39,820 bases of DNA from Candidatus Kaiserbacteria bacterium RIFCSPHIGHO2_01_FULL_55_37 (GCA_001781175.1 MFKY01000023.1:363-40182); one strand, 5' to 3'; shown: positions 6,492-14,986, counted from the first letter of the stretch. Numbers and translations are program-made. Notes: generated by a model not told the origin, from the sequence alone.

Positions 6492-8978
6492 CTACCTCTC
6501 CCGGAACTCAGGCGAGATATTGACCGTCACATCTTCGGGAGTCGTAGGTGAGCCGTCGACACCGGTACAGGTGAGTGTAAATGTCGTTCTCTGAGTGATT
6601 GCCGCCGACGTTTGGCCGTCGGGGCCCGGCGTGCTCGTCCAATTGTTACCGGATGTACCTGCAATGGTCCACGCAGCGCCGTCGCTCGGCGTGACGGTGC
6701 AACTTGAGACATTCGCGACATCCCAATACAGCGTGGTCCTGTCACCCTCTAACACCAAAGAGGGCGTCGCAAACAAGTGACCTGTGAAAAGACCTGACCT
6801 ATTGAAAGTGGTCGGCGGATATTGGCAGACGGAAGAGCCGTTCGAGCAAAAGGACGGAGAGACGCAGGTGGGGCCGCTCGTCACCTCACACTGCGCATTG
6901 GTGTGCCGGACGGTCTGTGCGGAGCAAGTATACGTGTCCAGGCAGGAGCAGGATGCGTATTGGTATGCGGAGGAACCGGAGAGCGTCCCGTTCACGCAGC
7001 GGCGGGATTGGGATATTGATGAGCATACCGTTCCGGATGGTGCGGCCCGTTGTGAGTAGAATGTGTAGGAAGAGTTGTGCGGGACGGTCACGCCGTCGAG
7101 CGTACAGGAAGAAGGACCTCTCACCGAGCAGGAGGCGTATGCGTATGAGCCGGAGAGCGTGCCGTTGGTGCAGGTGCGTGTCTGCGAGAGGCAGGCCTGT
7201 CCGTACGGAACGGTGCTCGCTTCATATGCCGTGACGGACGAACCGTGACCGACGGTACTTCCGTTGAACGTGCAGTTCTGATAGACGGTCAGTGTGCCGC
7301 CCTGGGGAGAACACGAGTACGTGTTGCCGCTCGCGTCCCATACCGTGCCGTTGTAGCTGCCTGCGGTGTACACCGTAGGCGAGCGCGAGACGTTGGGGGT
7401 GACGTCGCCCACGGTCTGGATGTAGAAGCGGGACGCGTTCGCGGATGAGTACGTGAGAGTAGAGCCTGTGCCTCCGGAGATGATGCTTGTGGGTGAGAGG
7501 GTGACGGAGCAGGTGGGCGCGGAAGCCGTACACGTGAAGGTACGATAAGTATACGTACTGTACGTGTAGGTAGCGTAGGTATCGTAATTGTATGTGTATG
7601 AACCATACGGGGTTGGCCCCGCTACTCCGTGTACCCACCACGTGGTGGGCGCGCCCGGCGTTACCGTTATCGTTCTGCTGTTAGTTCCGATGGGAATATT
7701 GTCGTCAATGTAGTCGGTATAACCGGGAGAGCCTGTCCACCCTGTGGACGCCGAAGGGGTCCACCACTGCTGACGGCAGCCGCCGTTGTTGTTGGGGCCG
7801 CTCACACCGCCGCAGTTGACGGCGGTATCGTCGACGCGGAGCGCATAGCTTGTCGCGCCGGTAGACGGCCCCCACGAAATCGTGGCCTGCGTACCGTCGG
7901 CGGAACATGAGTAGTTGCCTGCGGAGGTGTTGGCCGGTTCCGTAGGTGGTGAACAGCTGAAGGGGTGCGCTGTCGTGGTACTCCACGCATAATTTACAGA
8001 GCCATCCGGACTCGCTAGCGAGTGCACCCACCACCGATATGACCTGCCCGGCACGATGGGAGCGGTATACGAGGTCGCAGTGATTGTTTGATTCTGATAT
8101 GGCGCCTGCCAATCGATTTCGAGTTCGTTTGGCGCATTGCAATACCACGAGTGGTAGTAGGGGGCGATGCTGCATCCGTCGGCGGTGGTGTCGTCGAGGC
8201 GCAACGGATACCCGACTAAGCTTGGAGTGTTGACCGCATTCCACGAGAACGTCACGCTTGTGCCGTCCGCGCTGCATGTATATGTTTGCCCGGTCGGCTC
8301 CGGCGGCGGAGGATACACCGTGAGCGTGGCGTTATGCCAGCCGTCGGTGCCGCCGCTTCCGTACGCTTCACAGGAATACGTGGTCGAGGAAGACGGCGCA
8401 ACATACGTGGAGCCTGATGTGCCGACGTATCCGATAGGACTTATGTATACCCAGGAGTTGGCATTTGAAGTCGACCAGCGCAGATAGGTGCCGGAACCGG
8501 GACTGGAGTTGACTGCATTCTTGTCCAACGTGAGGGAGCACGAGGCGGGCGGCGACGGAGGCGGCGGAGGGCCGCAGGAGAATGACTGCTGTGTGGCCGG
8601 ACTCCAGACTCCTCCGTTCTGCGCATGCACCCACCACGAGTACGAGGTACTCGGCGTAATGGAAAGTGCGATGCCGGAATACGCCGTTTCATACAGATAC
8701 TCGACTCCCTGATAGCATCCCCAATTGCCGGGACCGCTCACATTTCCGGCGCAATATCCGGGTCCGTCGACACGGATCGGATAGTTCGAGGCGCCCGATA
8801 CAGAACCCCACGAAAGCGTGACCTGCGTCCCCGCACTGTTACATGAAGGCGTATACATCGCCGGCTGTTGGAGCGCCGAAGCTTGGAGCGGAAAGAGTGC
8901 GGCAAACAGAACGAAAAATCCGGGCACGAAAACGATACGGATAGCCTGACGAAACCGTGTGGTACTGCTGGAAGTCAT
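6492..8978 (-). CDS. Giant secreted surface protein (828 aa): three WWVH modules, Ig-like modules, two 4-Cys modules, shared C-terminal Ig-like domain
   Basis: ORF-track 6492..9110 was trimmed to ATG 8978, giving the signal/anchor MTSSSTTRFRQAIRIVFVPGFFVLFAALFPLQASA. The longer form would overlap the upstream CDS. The start is 5 nt after the upstream stop. Confidence 0.85.
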   Translation of the reverse strand: MTSSSTTRFRQAIRIVFVPGFFVLFAALFPLQASALQQPAMYTPSCNSAGTQVTLSWGSVSGASNYPIRVDGPGYCAGNVSGPGNWGCYQGVEYLYETAYSGIALSITPSTSYSWWVHAQNGGVWSPATQQSFSCGPPPPPSPPASCSLTLDKNAVNSSPGSGTYLRWSTSNANSWVYISPIGYVGTSGSTYVAPSSSTTYSCEAYGSGGTDGWHNATLTVYPPPPEPTGQTYTCSADGTSVTFSWNAVNTPSLVGYPLRLDDTTADGCSIAPYYHSWYCNAPNELEIDWQAPYQNQTITATSYTAPIVPGRSYRWWVHSLASPDGSVNYAWSTTTAHPFSCSPPTEPANTSAGNYSCSADGTQATISWGPSTGATSYALRVDDTAVNCGGVSGPNNNGGCRQQWWTPSASTGWTGSPGYTDYIDDNIPIGTNSRTITVTPGAPTTWWVHGVAGPTPYGSYTYNYDTYATYTYSTYTYRTFTCTASAPTCSVTLSPTSIISGGTGSTLTYSSANASRFYIQTVGDVTPNVSRSPTVYTAGSYNGTVWDASGNTYSCSPQGGTLTVYQNCTFNGSTVGHGSSVTAYEASTVPYGQACLSQTRTCTNGTLSGSYAYASCSVRGPSSCTLDGVTVPHNSSYTFYSQRAAPSGTVCSSISQSRRCVNGTLSGSSAYQYASCSCLDTYTCSAQTVRHTNAQCEVTSGPTCVSPSFCSNGSSVCQYPPTTFNRSGLFTGHLFATPSLVLEGDRTTLYWDVANVSSCTVTPSDGAAWTIAGTSGNNWTSTPGPDGQTSAAITQRTTFTLTCTGVDGSPTTPEDVTVNISPEFRER

Positions 8979-8982
8979 GTGT

Positions 8983-9492
8983 TTATTGCACGCGTACGAT
9001 GCCGGTCCTGTCTTTATGCAAATTGTCCGCGTAGCTCCACGCGCCCGCGACGTCAAAAGTGAATTCCCAGAATTCATGCGGCTCGAGCGTCGCGCATGAA
9101 TCAAACGCACTCTGTCCGCACGGCTCCTGTTGTCCAGTCGGATATATGCTCCCCGGAGCCGTGCCGGTAGCTACGGACGCGACCCAGAGCAGATTTTGCG
9201 ACGAATTGTTGGTGAACCGTATCGCCTCCCCCTTTTTGATAGTGACGGTGTCCGGTTCGAACCCGCGGTCGGTGTAGGAGACAAGCGCCGCGAATCCATG
9301 ACTCTTGGCGAGAACCGATTTCATTCTGTCGGTGAGTGGAGGAATATTCCCGGTGTCTAACGCCGCATTTGGGGCATCCGCAGCAGTGGGCGCAGGTGAT
9401 TTTGTATTTGCAAGAAAGTAAACACTTGATGCAAGGATAATAAACGCCAGGACGGCAATCGCGAGTTTCTGTGGACTCATCTCCTCTAGCAT
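8983..9492 (-). CDS. Membrane-anchored/secreted cupredoxin-like domain protein (169 aa)
   Basis: N-terminal hydrophobic segment KLAIAVLAFIILASSVYFLA. The C-terminal beta-rich domain GFEPDTVTIKKGEAIRFTNNSS... resembles cupredoxin-like folds, but no obvious His/Cys/His/Met copper ligand set is present. ATG 9480 is an alternative start. Confidence 0.7.
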   Translation of the reverse strand: MLEEMSPQKLAIAVLAFIILASSVYFLANTKSPAPTAADAPNAALDTGNIPPLTDRMKSVLAKSHGFAALVSYTDRGFEPDTVTIKKGEAIRFTNNSSQNLLWVASVATGTAPGSIYPTGQQEPCGQSAFDSCATLEPHEFWEFTFDVAGAWSYADNLHKDRTGIVRVQ

Positions 9493-9500
9493 CGCAGTGC

Positions 9501-9506
9501 ATTGTA
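9501..9506 (-). promoter_or_regulatory. -10-like TACAAT, 8 nt upstream of ATG 9492
   Basis: Read directly from the sequence. No SD lies between the hexamer and the ATG. Confidence 0.4.
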
Positions 9507-9571
9507 CATCGTATCAGTGGACAAATACTCACACGCCCAAACGTCTGTGCAAAAGGTCAACGTACTTCCTC

Positions 9572-11443
9572 TTATTTTTCCTCAAACACCGGCACGATGT
9601 TGACGACGGTACTTTCACGCAGGTGTGTGTTGTCCGTCTTCAGACAATCAAGCGTGTAGGTGGTGCGGGAGAGAATGTTGCTTGTCGCTTGCGTGCCGCT
9701 CTTCCCGGACCAGCCTGTCGTGTCGACGACGTCTCCTTTCACGGTGCAGCTCGTGACGTTGGAAACGTTCCAGTGCAGGGTCGTAGGGTTGTTCTTGCGG
9801 ATGAGCGAGGGAGCGGCCTGCAAGTGTCCGGAGAATGAGCCGACTGGATTGAAGATTGGTGTGGGGTCGATGCATTGGGGGTTTCCTGCCTGACAATACC
9901 GGGGACTCAGGCAGGCGGGAGTAAAGTCGGTGATGGTGGTAGCGCAGGCGGAACTCACTTCTGTCTTTCTGATGGTGGCATTACCGGCTCCCGTGCAGGA
10001 ATAAACGATGGAGGCGGGACAGGAGTAGGTAACGGGTATGGAGGCTGTCGCGGCCGGCGCGGTCGTGCCGCTGCATGTAATGGTGTACGTGGTCGCGCGG
10101 ATGGGCGTGACTTGTGCGGTGACTGCTGCCGGATTGCCGACGGCTTTCGCCCCGTTCCAGTCGCTCGCAGAGGGAGAGGCTGATGCGGTGCAAGAGCTTG
10201 CGTTGGAGGAGGACCACGTGAGGGTGATGGGAGAGTTGCCTTGTGTGTAGCTGTAGGACGAAGTGGTGAAGAGGACGGTGGGAGCGTTCGGGCTCATGTT
10301 GACGGTGTACGAAGCCCAACCGGAAGTAGCTTCGTTTGAGTCCTGCGCGAGTGCTTTAAATGTTTGTGTGTTGGAGGAGTTCCAGGAGTGTGAGGTTGAT
10401 GACGTGGTACCGCTTGGGACGTATCCGAGTGCGGGAACGTATTCGTCGATACTTCCGTTGTTGTCCCAGTCGATGGCGTACCGGAGCGTGTCGGAGTCTG
10501 GGTCGGTCGAACGGAAAGTATATGTGTAGCTTGTCTTTGTGATGCCGCTCGTGGGGCCGGTGATGGTCGGGGCGGCCGGAGGTAACTGGGCGGCCACCGA
10601 GCAGGAGCCGTAGATGTAACTTCCCGAAAGCGTGCCGCTGTTGCACGTGCGATTTTCTGAGACACATGACGAGCCGTATGGAACTGAAGAGGTTTGATAC
10701 GCGGTGACGCTTGCGCCGTGCGCGACAGTGGAACCGTTGAAGGTGCATGAGGCGGCGTCGGCCCAGGTGAGGGTGACTCGACCTGCCGCGCCGGCGCCAC
10801 CGGGTCCGGCCGCCGACGGGGCGGCTCCGCCGCTTCCAACTGTCACGGTCACGGAAGAACCTGGTGTCAGCGCGCCCGCCGCATAGGTTTTCTTGCTGTA
10901 TGCCCCGGCACCGCCGCCCGCTGCTCCTCGGCAGTACCACAAACCTTGCCCAGGCTGATACTGTGCCCCGAGTCCGCCACCGCCACCGCCACCCGGAGCA
11001 GAACCGGGATTCGAAGGAACAGCGGCGGAAATGCCGGCACCACCGGCACCTCCATTGGGTGAAGCTCCGCCGGCGCCGCTAGGTGCATAGGGACAGAAGT
11101 CGGCCCTCCCATTGCTGCCTGCTCCGCCGCTCGTATTGGTGTCGCCGCCCGACGCTATGCCGCCTACGCCGCCGGTAAGGCCGCCTGAACCGGTGCCTGC
11201 GGCGGGACCGATGCCGCCACCGGCGACCACGCCGAAGAAAGATGACTGTGTTCCGGAATTCCCCGCAATGCTGGTGACGTAGCCGTTCGACCCGCCTCCC
11301 GAAGCTCCCCCGCCCCACACCTCGACGGTCAAAGTGCCGTATGCGGGCACTATAAATGTCCCGGAGGATGTAAACGTTTGCGAGCCCGCCAACGCAACCT
11401 GCGGAAGGAAAACGAGAACGCCGATGAGAAGTACGCGCTTCAT
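9572..11443 (-). CDS. Secreted glycine-rich-domain protein (623 aa) fused to a 4-Cys module, a PKD/Ig-like domain and the shared C-terminal domain
   Basis: Trimmed to ATG 11443, giving the signal peptide MKRVLLIGVLVFLPQVALA. The start overlaps the upstream stop as ATGA. TFTSSGTFIVPAYGTLTVEVWGGGASGGG... followed by long Gly runs matches the glycine-rich domain type seen in tail-fibre-like proteins. DPDSDTLRYAIDWDNNG is PKD-like. Confidence 0.85.
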   Translation of the reverse strand: MKRVLLIGVLVFLPQVALAGSQTFTSSGTFIVPAYGTLTVEVWGGGASGGGSNGYVTSIAGNSGTQSSFFGVVAGGGIGPAAGTGSGGLTGGVGGIASGGDTNTSGGAGSNGRADFCPYAPSGAGGASPNGGAGGAGISAAVPSNPGSAPGGGGGGGLGAQYQPGQGLWYCRGAAGGGAGAYSKKTYAAGALTPGSSVTVTVGSGGAAPSAAGPGGAGAAGRVTLTWADAASCTFNGSTVAHGASVTAYQTSSVPYGSSCVSENRTCNSGTLSGSYIYGSCSVAAQLPPAAPTITGPTSGITKTSYTYTFRSTDPDSDTLRYAIDWDNNGSIDEYVPALGYVPSGTTSSTSHSWNSSNTQTFKALAQDSNEATSGWASYTVNMSPNAPTVLFTTSSYSYTQGNSPITLTWSSSNASSCTASASPSASDWNGAKAVGNPAAVTAQVTPIRATTYTITCSGTTAPAATASIPVTYSCPASIVYSCTGAGNATIRKTEVSSACATTITDFTPACLSPRYCQAGNPQCIDPTPIFNPVGSFSGHLQAAPSLIRKNNPTTLHWNVSNVTSCTVKGDVVDTTGWSGKSGTQATSNILSRTTYTLDCLKTDNTHLRESTVVNIVPVFEEK

Positions 11444-12378
11444 GTGCGGCGCTGTTTGACGACTTCCCAGACTACTCCGATTGCGATGATGAGTGCGATG
11501 ACCGATATGAGAAGCGTTGTATTTCCGGGACTGCTCTCCGGCAACGTGTCGTGCGGAATGCAGTTCGTCCATGCGAATGCGCCGTCCTCGCGCGCGAGCA
11601 ATATGTCGAAGTACGAGGTAACGTGTTCGTTGATGAGTTGCCCCTCAAGGTAGTAAGAACCGAGCGTGAGCGCGGGCAGATTGTATTGGATTTTTGCCGA
11701 CTGCTCGGGATGCAGGCCAACGGACTGCTCCTGTGTATCGACTGGTGAATCGGAAAATGTCGCGTCCGGAGCATAGAGACGCCAGACGAGCGTGCCTATA
11801 TACGGGCCGCTTATGTCGTTGCTCGCTACCGCGACTGCAGTAACGTTGCCTGCTTTGGCAACCCGCGCTACCGTGTCGGGCGAATAGACGCTGCCGTTCA
11901 CTGCGATGGAACTCACGCTCGCGGGCACAGCACCGCCACCGGAAACGGTCACGGTGCGTGAAGCGGTGGGATATACATGCGCAAATGCCTCGGCACGCGA
12001 ACCGCCCTTCGGGACGAAAGTCACCGTGACCGCGTACTCCCCGGAATTAATGTCCAAAGGAACTTTCCATACGAAACCGACTTTTCCGGTAGTGTCCGGA
12101 AAAACGGACACGGGCTGCGGTACTAAGAAACGGCTCACTATTGTGCCGGTATCTCTCTGCAAGACCTCAACGGCAAGTGTCGCGTCCGAGATAAGTTCCG
12201 TGCCCGAATTGTGCATTTCCGCGAAGAATCCTAGGGATGCGCTCGGAACCGTCGACGAGAGCTCGGATGTTACCGCGAGTGAAACGGGGAGCGGCGCCGG
12301 ACAGCCGGCTGCCTGCGCGCTCGCGACGATAGGGGAAAAGATGAGGACGGAAAAAATGGAGAGGACGAGCCTTGTCAT
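11440..12378 (-). CDS. Signal-peptide protein with two Ig/CARDB-like regions and a C-terminal TM anchor (312 aa), hypothetical
   Basis: Trimmed to ATG 12378 (MTRLVLSIFSVLIFSPIVASA) because 12379..12399 lies in the fusA terminator. The C-terminus is LLISVIALIIAIGVVW followed by KQRRT. Confidence 0.75.
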   Translation of the reverse strand: MTRLVLSIFSVLIFSPIVASAQAAGCPAPLPVSLAVTSELSSTVPSASLGFFAEMHNSGTELISDATLAVEVLQRDTGTIVSRFLVPQPVSVFPDTTGKVGFVWKVPLDINSGEYAVTVTFVPKGGSRAEAFAHVYPTASRTVTVSGGGAVPASVSSIAVNGSVYSPDTVARVAKAGNVTAVAVASNDISGPYIGTLVWRLYAPDATFSDSPVDTQEQSVGLHPEQSAKIQYNLPALTLGSYYLEGQLINEHVTSYFDILLAREDGAFAWTNCIPHDTLPESSPGNTTLLISVIALIIAIGVVWEVVKQRRT

Positions 12379-12384
12379 TTCGAC

Positions 12385-12390
12385 AGTATA
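12385..12390 (-). promoter_or_regulatory. -10-like TATACT, 6 nt upstream of ATG 12378
   Basis: Read directly from the sequence. It sits immediately downstream of the fusA terminator hairpin, and no SD is present. Confidence 0.5.
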
Positions 12391-12392
12391 CC

Positions 12393-12429
12393 AACCCAAA
12401 AGCGCGGCTTGATGCCGCGCTTTTGGGTT
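12393..12429 (-). terminator. Intrinsic terminator after fusA
   Basis: Perfect 16-bp stem AACCCAAAAGCGCGGC/GCCGCGCTTTTGGGTT with a 5-nt loop, 14 nt downstream of the fusA stop. The minus-sense 3' arm ends in UUUUGGGUU. Confidence 0.75.
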
Positions 12430-12442
12430 CTGTACATCAACG

Positions 12443-14584
12443 CTACTTTCTTGAAGCGATGACTGCGTCTGCCGCGGTCTTTGGGACGATTGCGTAGTGA
12501 CTGAATTCGAGGTTCGGGACGCCGCGGCCTTCGGTGAGCGAGCGGAGTTGTGTGGTGAAGCCGAAGAGTTCGGAGAGCGGGACCTTCGCGGTGATGATAC
12601 GCGCCTGTCCGCGCTCGCCCATCGCTTCTATGGCGCCGCGTTTGCTGTTTATCATGCCCGTCACGTCGCCCATGAATTTCTCGGGGACGACGACTTCCAA
12701 TTTCATGATAGGTTCGAGCAACACGGGCTTCGCTTTTTGCATCGCTTCCTGCATGGCATTGATGGCGGCGAGCTTGAAGGCGATTTCGGAAGAGTCCACG
12801 TCGTGGTAGGAGCCATCGTAGAGCTCGACGGAAATATCGACGACCGGGAATCCCGCCTGGATGCCGCGTTCCATCGCCTCGATGAGTCCTTTCTTCACCG
12901 GCTGGATGTACTCCTGCGGGATGACGCCTCCCTTGATGTTGTTGACGAACTCGAAGTGGTCATCGCGTTCGACGTTGTTCTTCACTTTCTTCTCCGGATC
13001 TACTGGCTCCATCGGCTTGATGCGGATTTTCACGTGACCGTACTGACCGCGACCGCCCGTCTGTTTGATGTGTTTGTATTCGACGTCCGACGTGCCTTGA
13101 ATGGTCTCGCGGTACGCGACTTGCGGCTTGCCGGTCGTCGCCTGCACGCCGAATTCACGCTTCATGCGGTCAACGATAATTTCAAGGTGGAGCTCACCCA
13201 TGCCGGAAACGATAGTTTCCATCGTTTCAGGGTCGGATTTGATGCGGAATGTCGGGTCTTCGTCGGAAAGCTTCGAAAGTGCCATGCCCATTTTCTCCTG
13301 GTCGGCTTTCGTGTTGGGCTCGATGCGCATTGAAACGACCGGCTCGGGGAACACGATGGATTCAAGTGCGATAGGGTGCGCAACGTCACAGAGTGTGTGT
13401 CCGATTTTCACTTCTTTCATGCCGACGGCCGCGGCGATTTCTCCCGCATAGACGGTTTTCACATCTTCACGCTTATCAGCCTGCAATCGTACGATGCGTC
13501 CCACGCGTTCTTTCTTGTTGTTGGCGGAATTGTATACCGTGTCCCCTGCAGTGAAGGTGCCCGAATACACGCGGAAGAACGAGAGCTGTCCGACGAACGG
13601 GTCGGTCTGTATTTTGAAGACGAGTGCCGCGAACGGCGCTTCGTCGGATGCGGGACGTGTTTCTTCCGCACCCGTATCCGTATTGATGCCTTTTGATTCC
13701 GGCATGTCCTTCGGCGACGGAAGGTAATCCACGACCGCATCGAGTACGAGCTGCACGCCTTTATTCTTGAGCGAGCTTCCCGTGAGGACGGGGAAGATTT
13801 GGTTGGCGATAACGCCCTTACGCAGCGTCTTCTTGAGGACGTCGTGTGGGATTTCTTTGCCGTCGAGGAAATCCGCCATCACCGCGTCGTCATTCTCGAC
13901 GATGCGCTCCACGAGTTCGTGACGATATTTCTTGGCCTCGTCCATCATGTCTGCGGGAATATCGTACGCGATGACATTCTTTCCCATCTCCCCTTCGAAT
14001 TTGTATGCCTTCATGCTAAGCAAATCGATGATTCCCTCGAATTTTTCCTCAAGCCCGATGGGGATCTGGAATCGCACCGCCTTGTTGGAAAGCCGGTCGA
14101 GAATGCTTGCGTATGATTTTTCAAACGACGCGCCCGTACGGTCGAGTTTGTTGATATAGCAGATGCGCGGCACATTCGCCTCTTCGGCGTAGCGCCAGTT
14201 GGTCTCGGACTGCGGTTCCACTCCGGCGACGCCGTCGAATACGACTACCGCGCCGTCGAGCACACGCATCGAGCGCTTCACTTCGGAAGTAAAGTCGATG
14301 TGTCCGGGAGTGTCGATGATATTGAAACGTACTTTCGCCGAGAGGTCGGCACCCATGTACGAAGGATTCCAGAAACACGTGATGGCGGCGGCGGTGATGG
14401 TAATGCCGCGCTCGCGCTCCTGCTCCATCCAGTCGGTGACGGTATTGCCCTCGTGCACTTCGCCGATTTTGTGCGACTCGCCCGTGTAATACAAAATGCG
14501 TTCCGATGTAGTCGTCTTGCCCGCATCCACATGCGCGACGATTCCGAAGTTTCTTACTTTCTCTAGAGGATAATCACGAGCCAT
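12443..14584 (-). CDS. fusA: Translation elongation factor G
   Basis: 713 aa with AHVDAGKTTT (G1), DTPGHIDF (G3) and full EF-G domain order through the C-terminus. Confidence 0.98.
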   Translation of the reverse strand: MARDYPLEKVRNFGIVAHVDAGKTTTSERILYYTGESHKIGEVHEGNTVTDWMEQERERGITITAAAITCFWNPSYMGADLSAKVRFNIIDTPGHIDFTSEVKRSMRVLDGAVVVFDGVAGVEPQSETNWRYAEEANVPRICYINKLDRTGASFEKSYASILDRLSNKAVRFQIPIGLEEKFEGIIDLLSMKAYKFEGEMGKNVIAYDIPADMMDEAKKYRHELVERIVENDDAVMADFLDGKEIPHDVLKKTLRKGVIANQIFPVLTGSSLKNKGVQLVLDAVVDYLPSPKDMPESKGINTDTGAEETRPASDEAPFAALVFKIQTDPFVGQLSFFRVYSGTFTAGDTVYNSANNKKERVGRIVRLQADKREDVKTVYAGEIAAAVGMKEVKIGHTLCDVAHPIALESIVFPEPVVSMRIEPNTKADQEKMGMALSKLSDEDPTFRIKSDPETMETIVSGMGELHLEIIVDRMKREFGVQATTGKPQVAYRETIQGTSDVEYKHIKQTGGRGQYGHVKIRIKPMEPVDPEKKVKNNVERDDHFEFVNNIKGGVIPQEYIQPVKKGLIEAMERGIQAGFPVVDISVELYDGSYHDVDSSEIAFKLAAINAMQEAMQKAKPVLLEPIMKLEVVVPEKFMGDVTGMINSKRGAIEAMGERGQARIITAKVPLSELFGFTTQLRSLTEGRGVPNLEFSHYAIVPKTAADAVIASRK

Positions 14585-14660
14585 ATGATTTTGCTACATT
14601 ACCAAGTTTCGAATCTGCTGATTCGCATGCCGCGTACCGTCCTTATGACGCGGCTCCAGT

Positions 14661-14684
14661 AAAATGAAAACGCCCGAAGGCGTC
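14661..14684 (-). terminator. Weak terminator-like hairpin upstream of fusA
   Basis: Minus-sense GACGCC-UUCG-GGCGUU (6 bp including one G-U) followed by UUCAUUUU. It lies between the 75-aa ORF and fusA. Confidence 0.35.
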
Positions 14685-14758
14685 CCAGTAATGTAACGGA
14701 AAATAAGTAAAAAAGCAACGTCACCGCCGTTCACAGGAAATCGTTTTATCCGTTTCCC

Positions 14759-14986
14759 TTAATTCCGAACCGCCAATCCCCAAATGAATGTGACGAGCCC
14801 TACGAGATTTGCGAGTGTTGAGACGGGCACTACAAAGAATGCTACAAAGCTCGTCAAGGGACCCGGGCCCGGTGGCGCGCCACCGGAAAGAAAGAAGGCT
14901 GCCAAAGGCACAAGACCGAGAATCAAAACCAGCGTATAAGAGGCGGCTGAGATAAAGAAAAGCTTTTGAGCACTATATGTATTCAT
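14759..14986 (-). CDS. Small hypothetical membrane protein (75 aa)
   Basis: 2-3 hydrophobic helices and a PPGPGP turn. ATG 14986 is used, with GTG 15004 as an alternative. No family was recognised. Confidence 0.45.
   Translation of the reverse strand: MNTYSAQKLFFISAASYTLVLILGLVPLAAFFLSGGAPPGPGPLTSFVAFFVVPVSTLANLVGLVTFIWGLAVRN

Noticed and set aside
406-10747. Diversity-generating retroelement (TR/VR pair) as the explanation for the repeated modules in the giant proteins
   Set aside because: No reverse transcriptase gene is present in the window. The module copies differ at all nucleotide types, mostly at synonymous sites, and not specifically at adenines. No near-identical 100-150-nt DNA repeat pair is present.
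9648-11318. Alternative-frame ORFs (for example 10294..10839 and 10356..10940) inside the glycine-rich protein gene
   Set aside because: GGN-rich coding DNA keeps all frames open. The products are Pro/Arg/Ala strings, and the main frame has a signal peptide and conserved modules.
12497-13333. 278-aa plus-strand ORF (and several others between 12534 and 14566) antisense to fusA
   Set aside because: It lies entirely within the unmistakable EF-G CDS. The product is low-complexity and Arg/Asp/His-rich with no motif. This is a typical stop-poor antisense frame in GC-rich DNA.
14599-14628. Possible fourth, degraded rpsG-end relic or tRNA-like T-arm (TTACCAAGTTTCGAATCTGCTGATTCGCAT) just upstream of fusA
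   Set aside because: Only the first 6 nt (TTACCA) match the 42-nt repeat and the rest aligns at chance level. No acceptor or anticodon stems can be drawn around the GTTTCGAATC segment.
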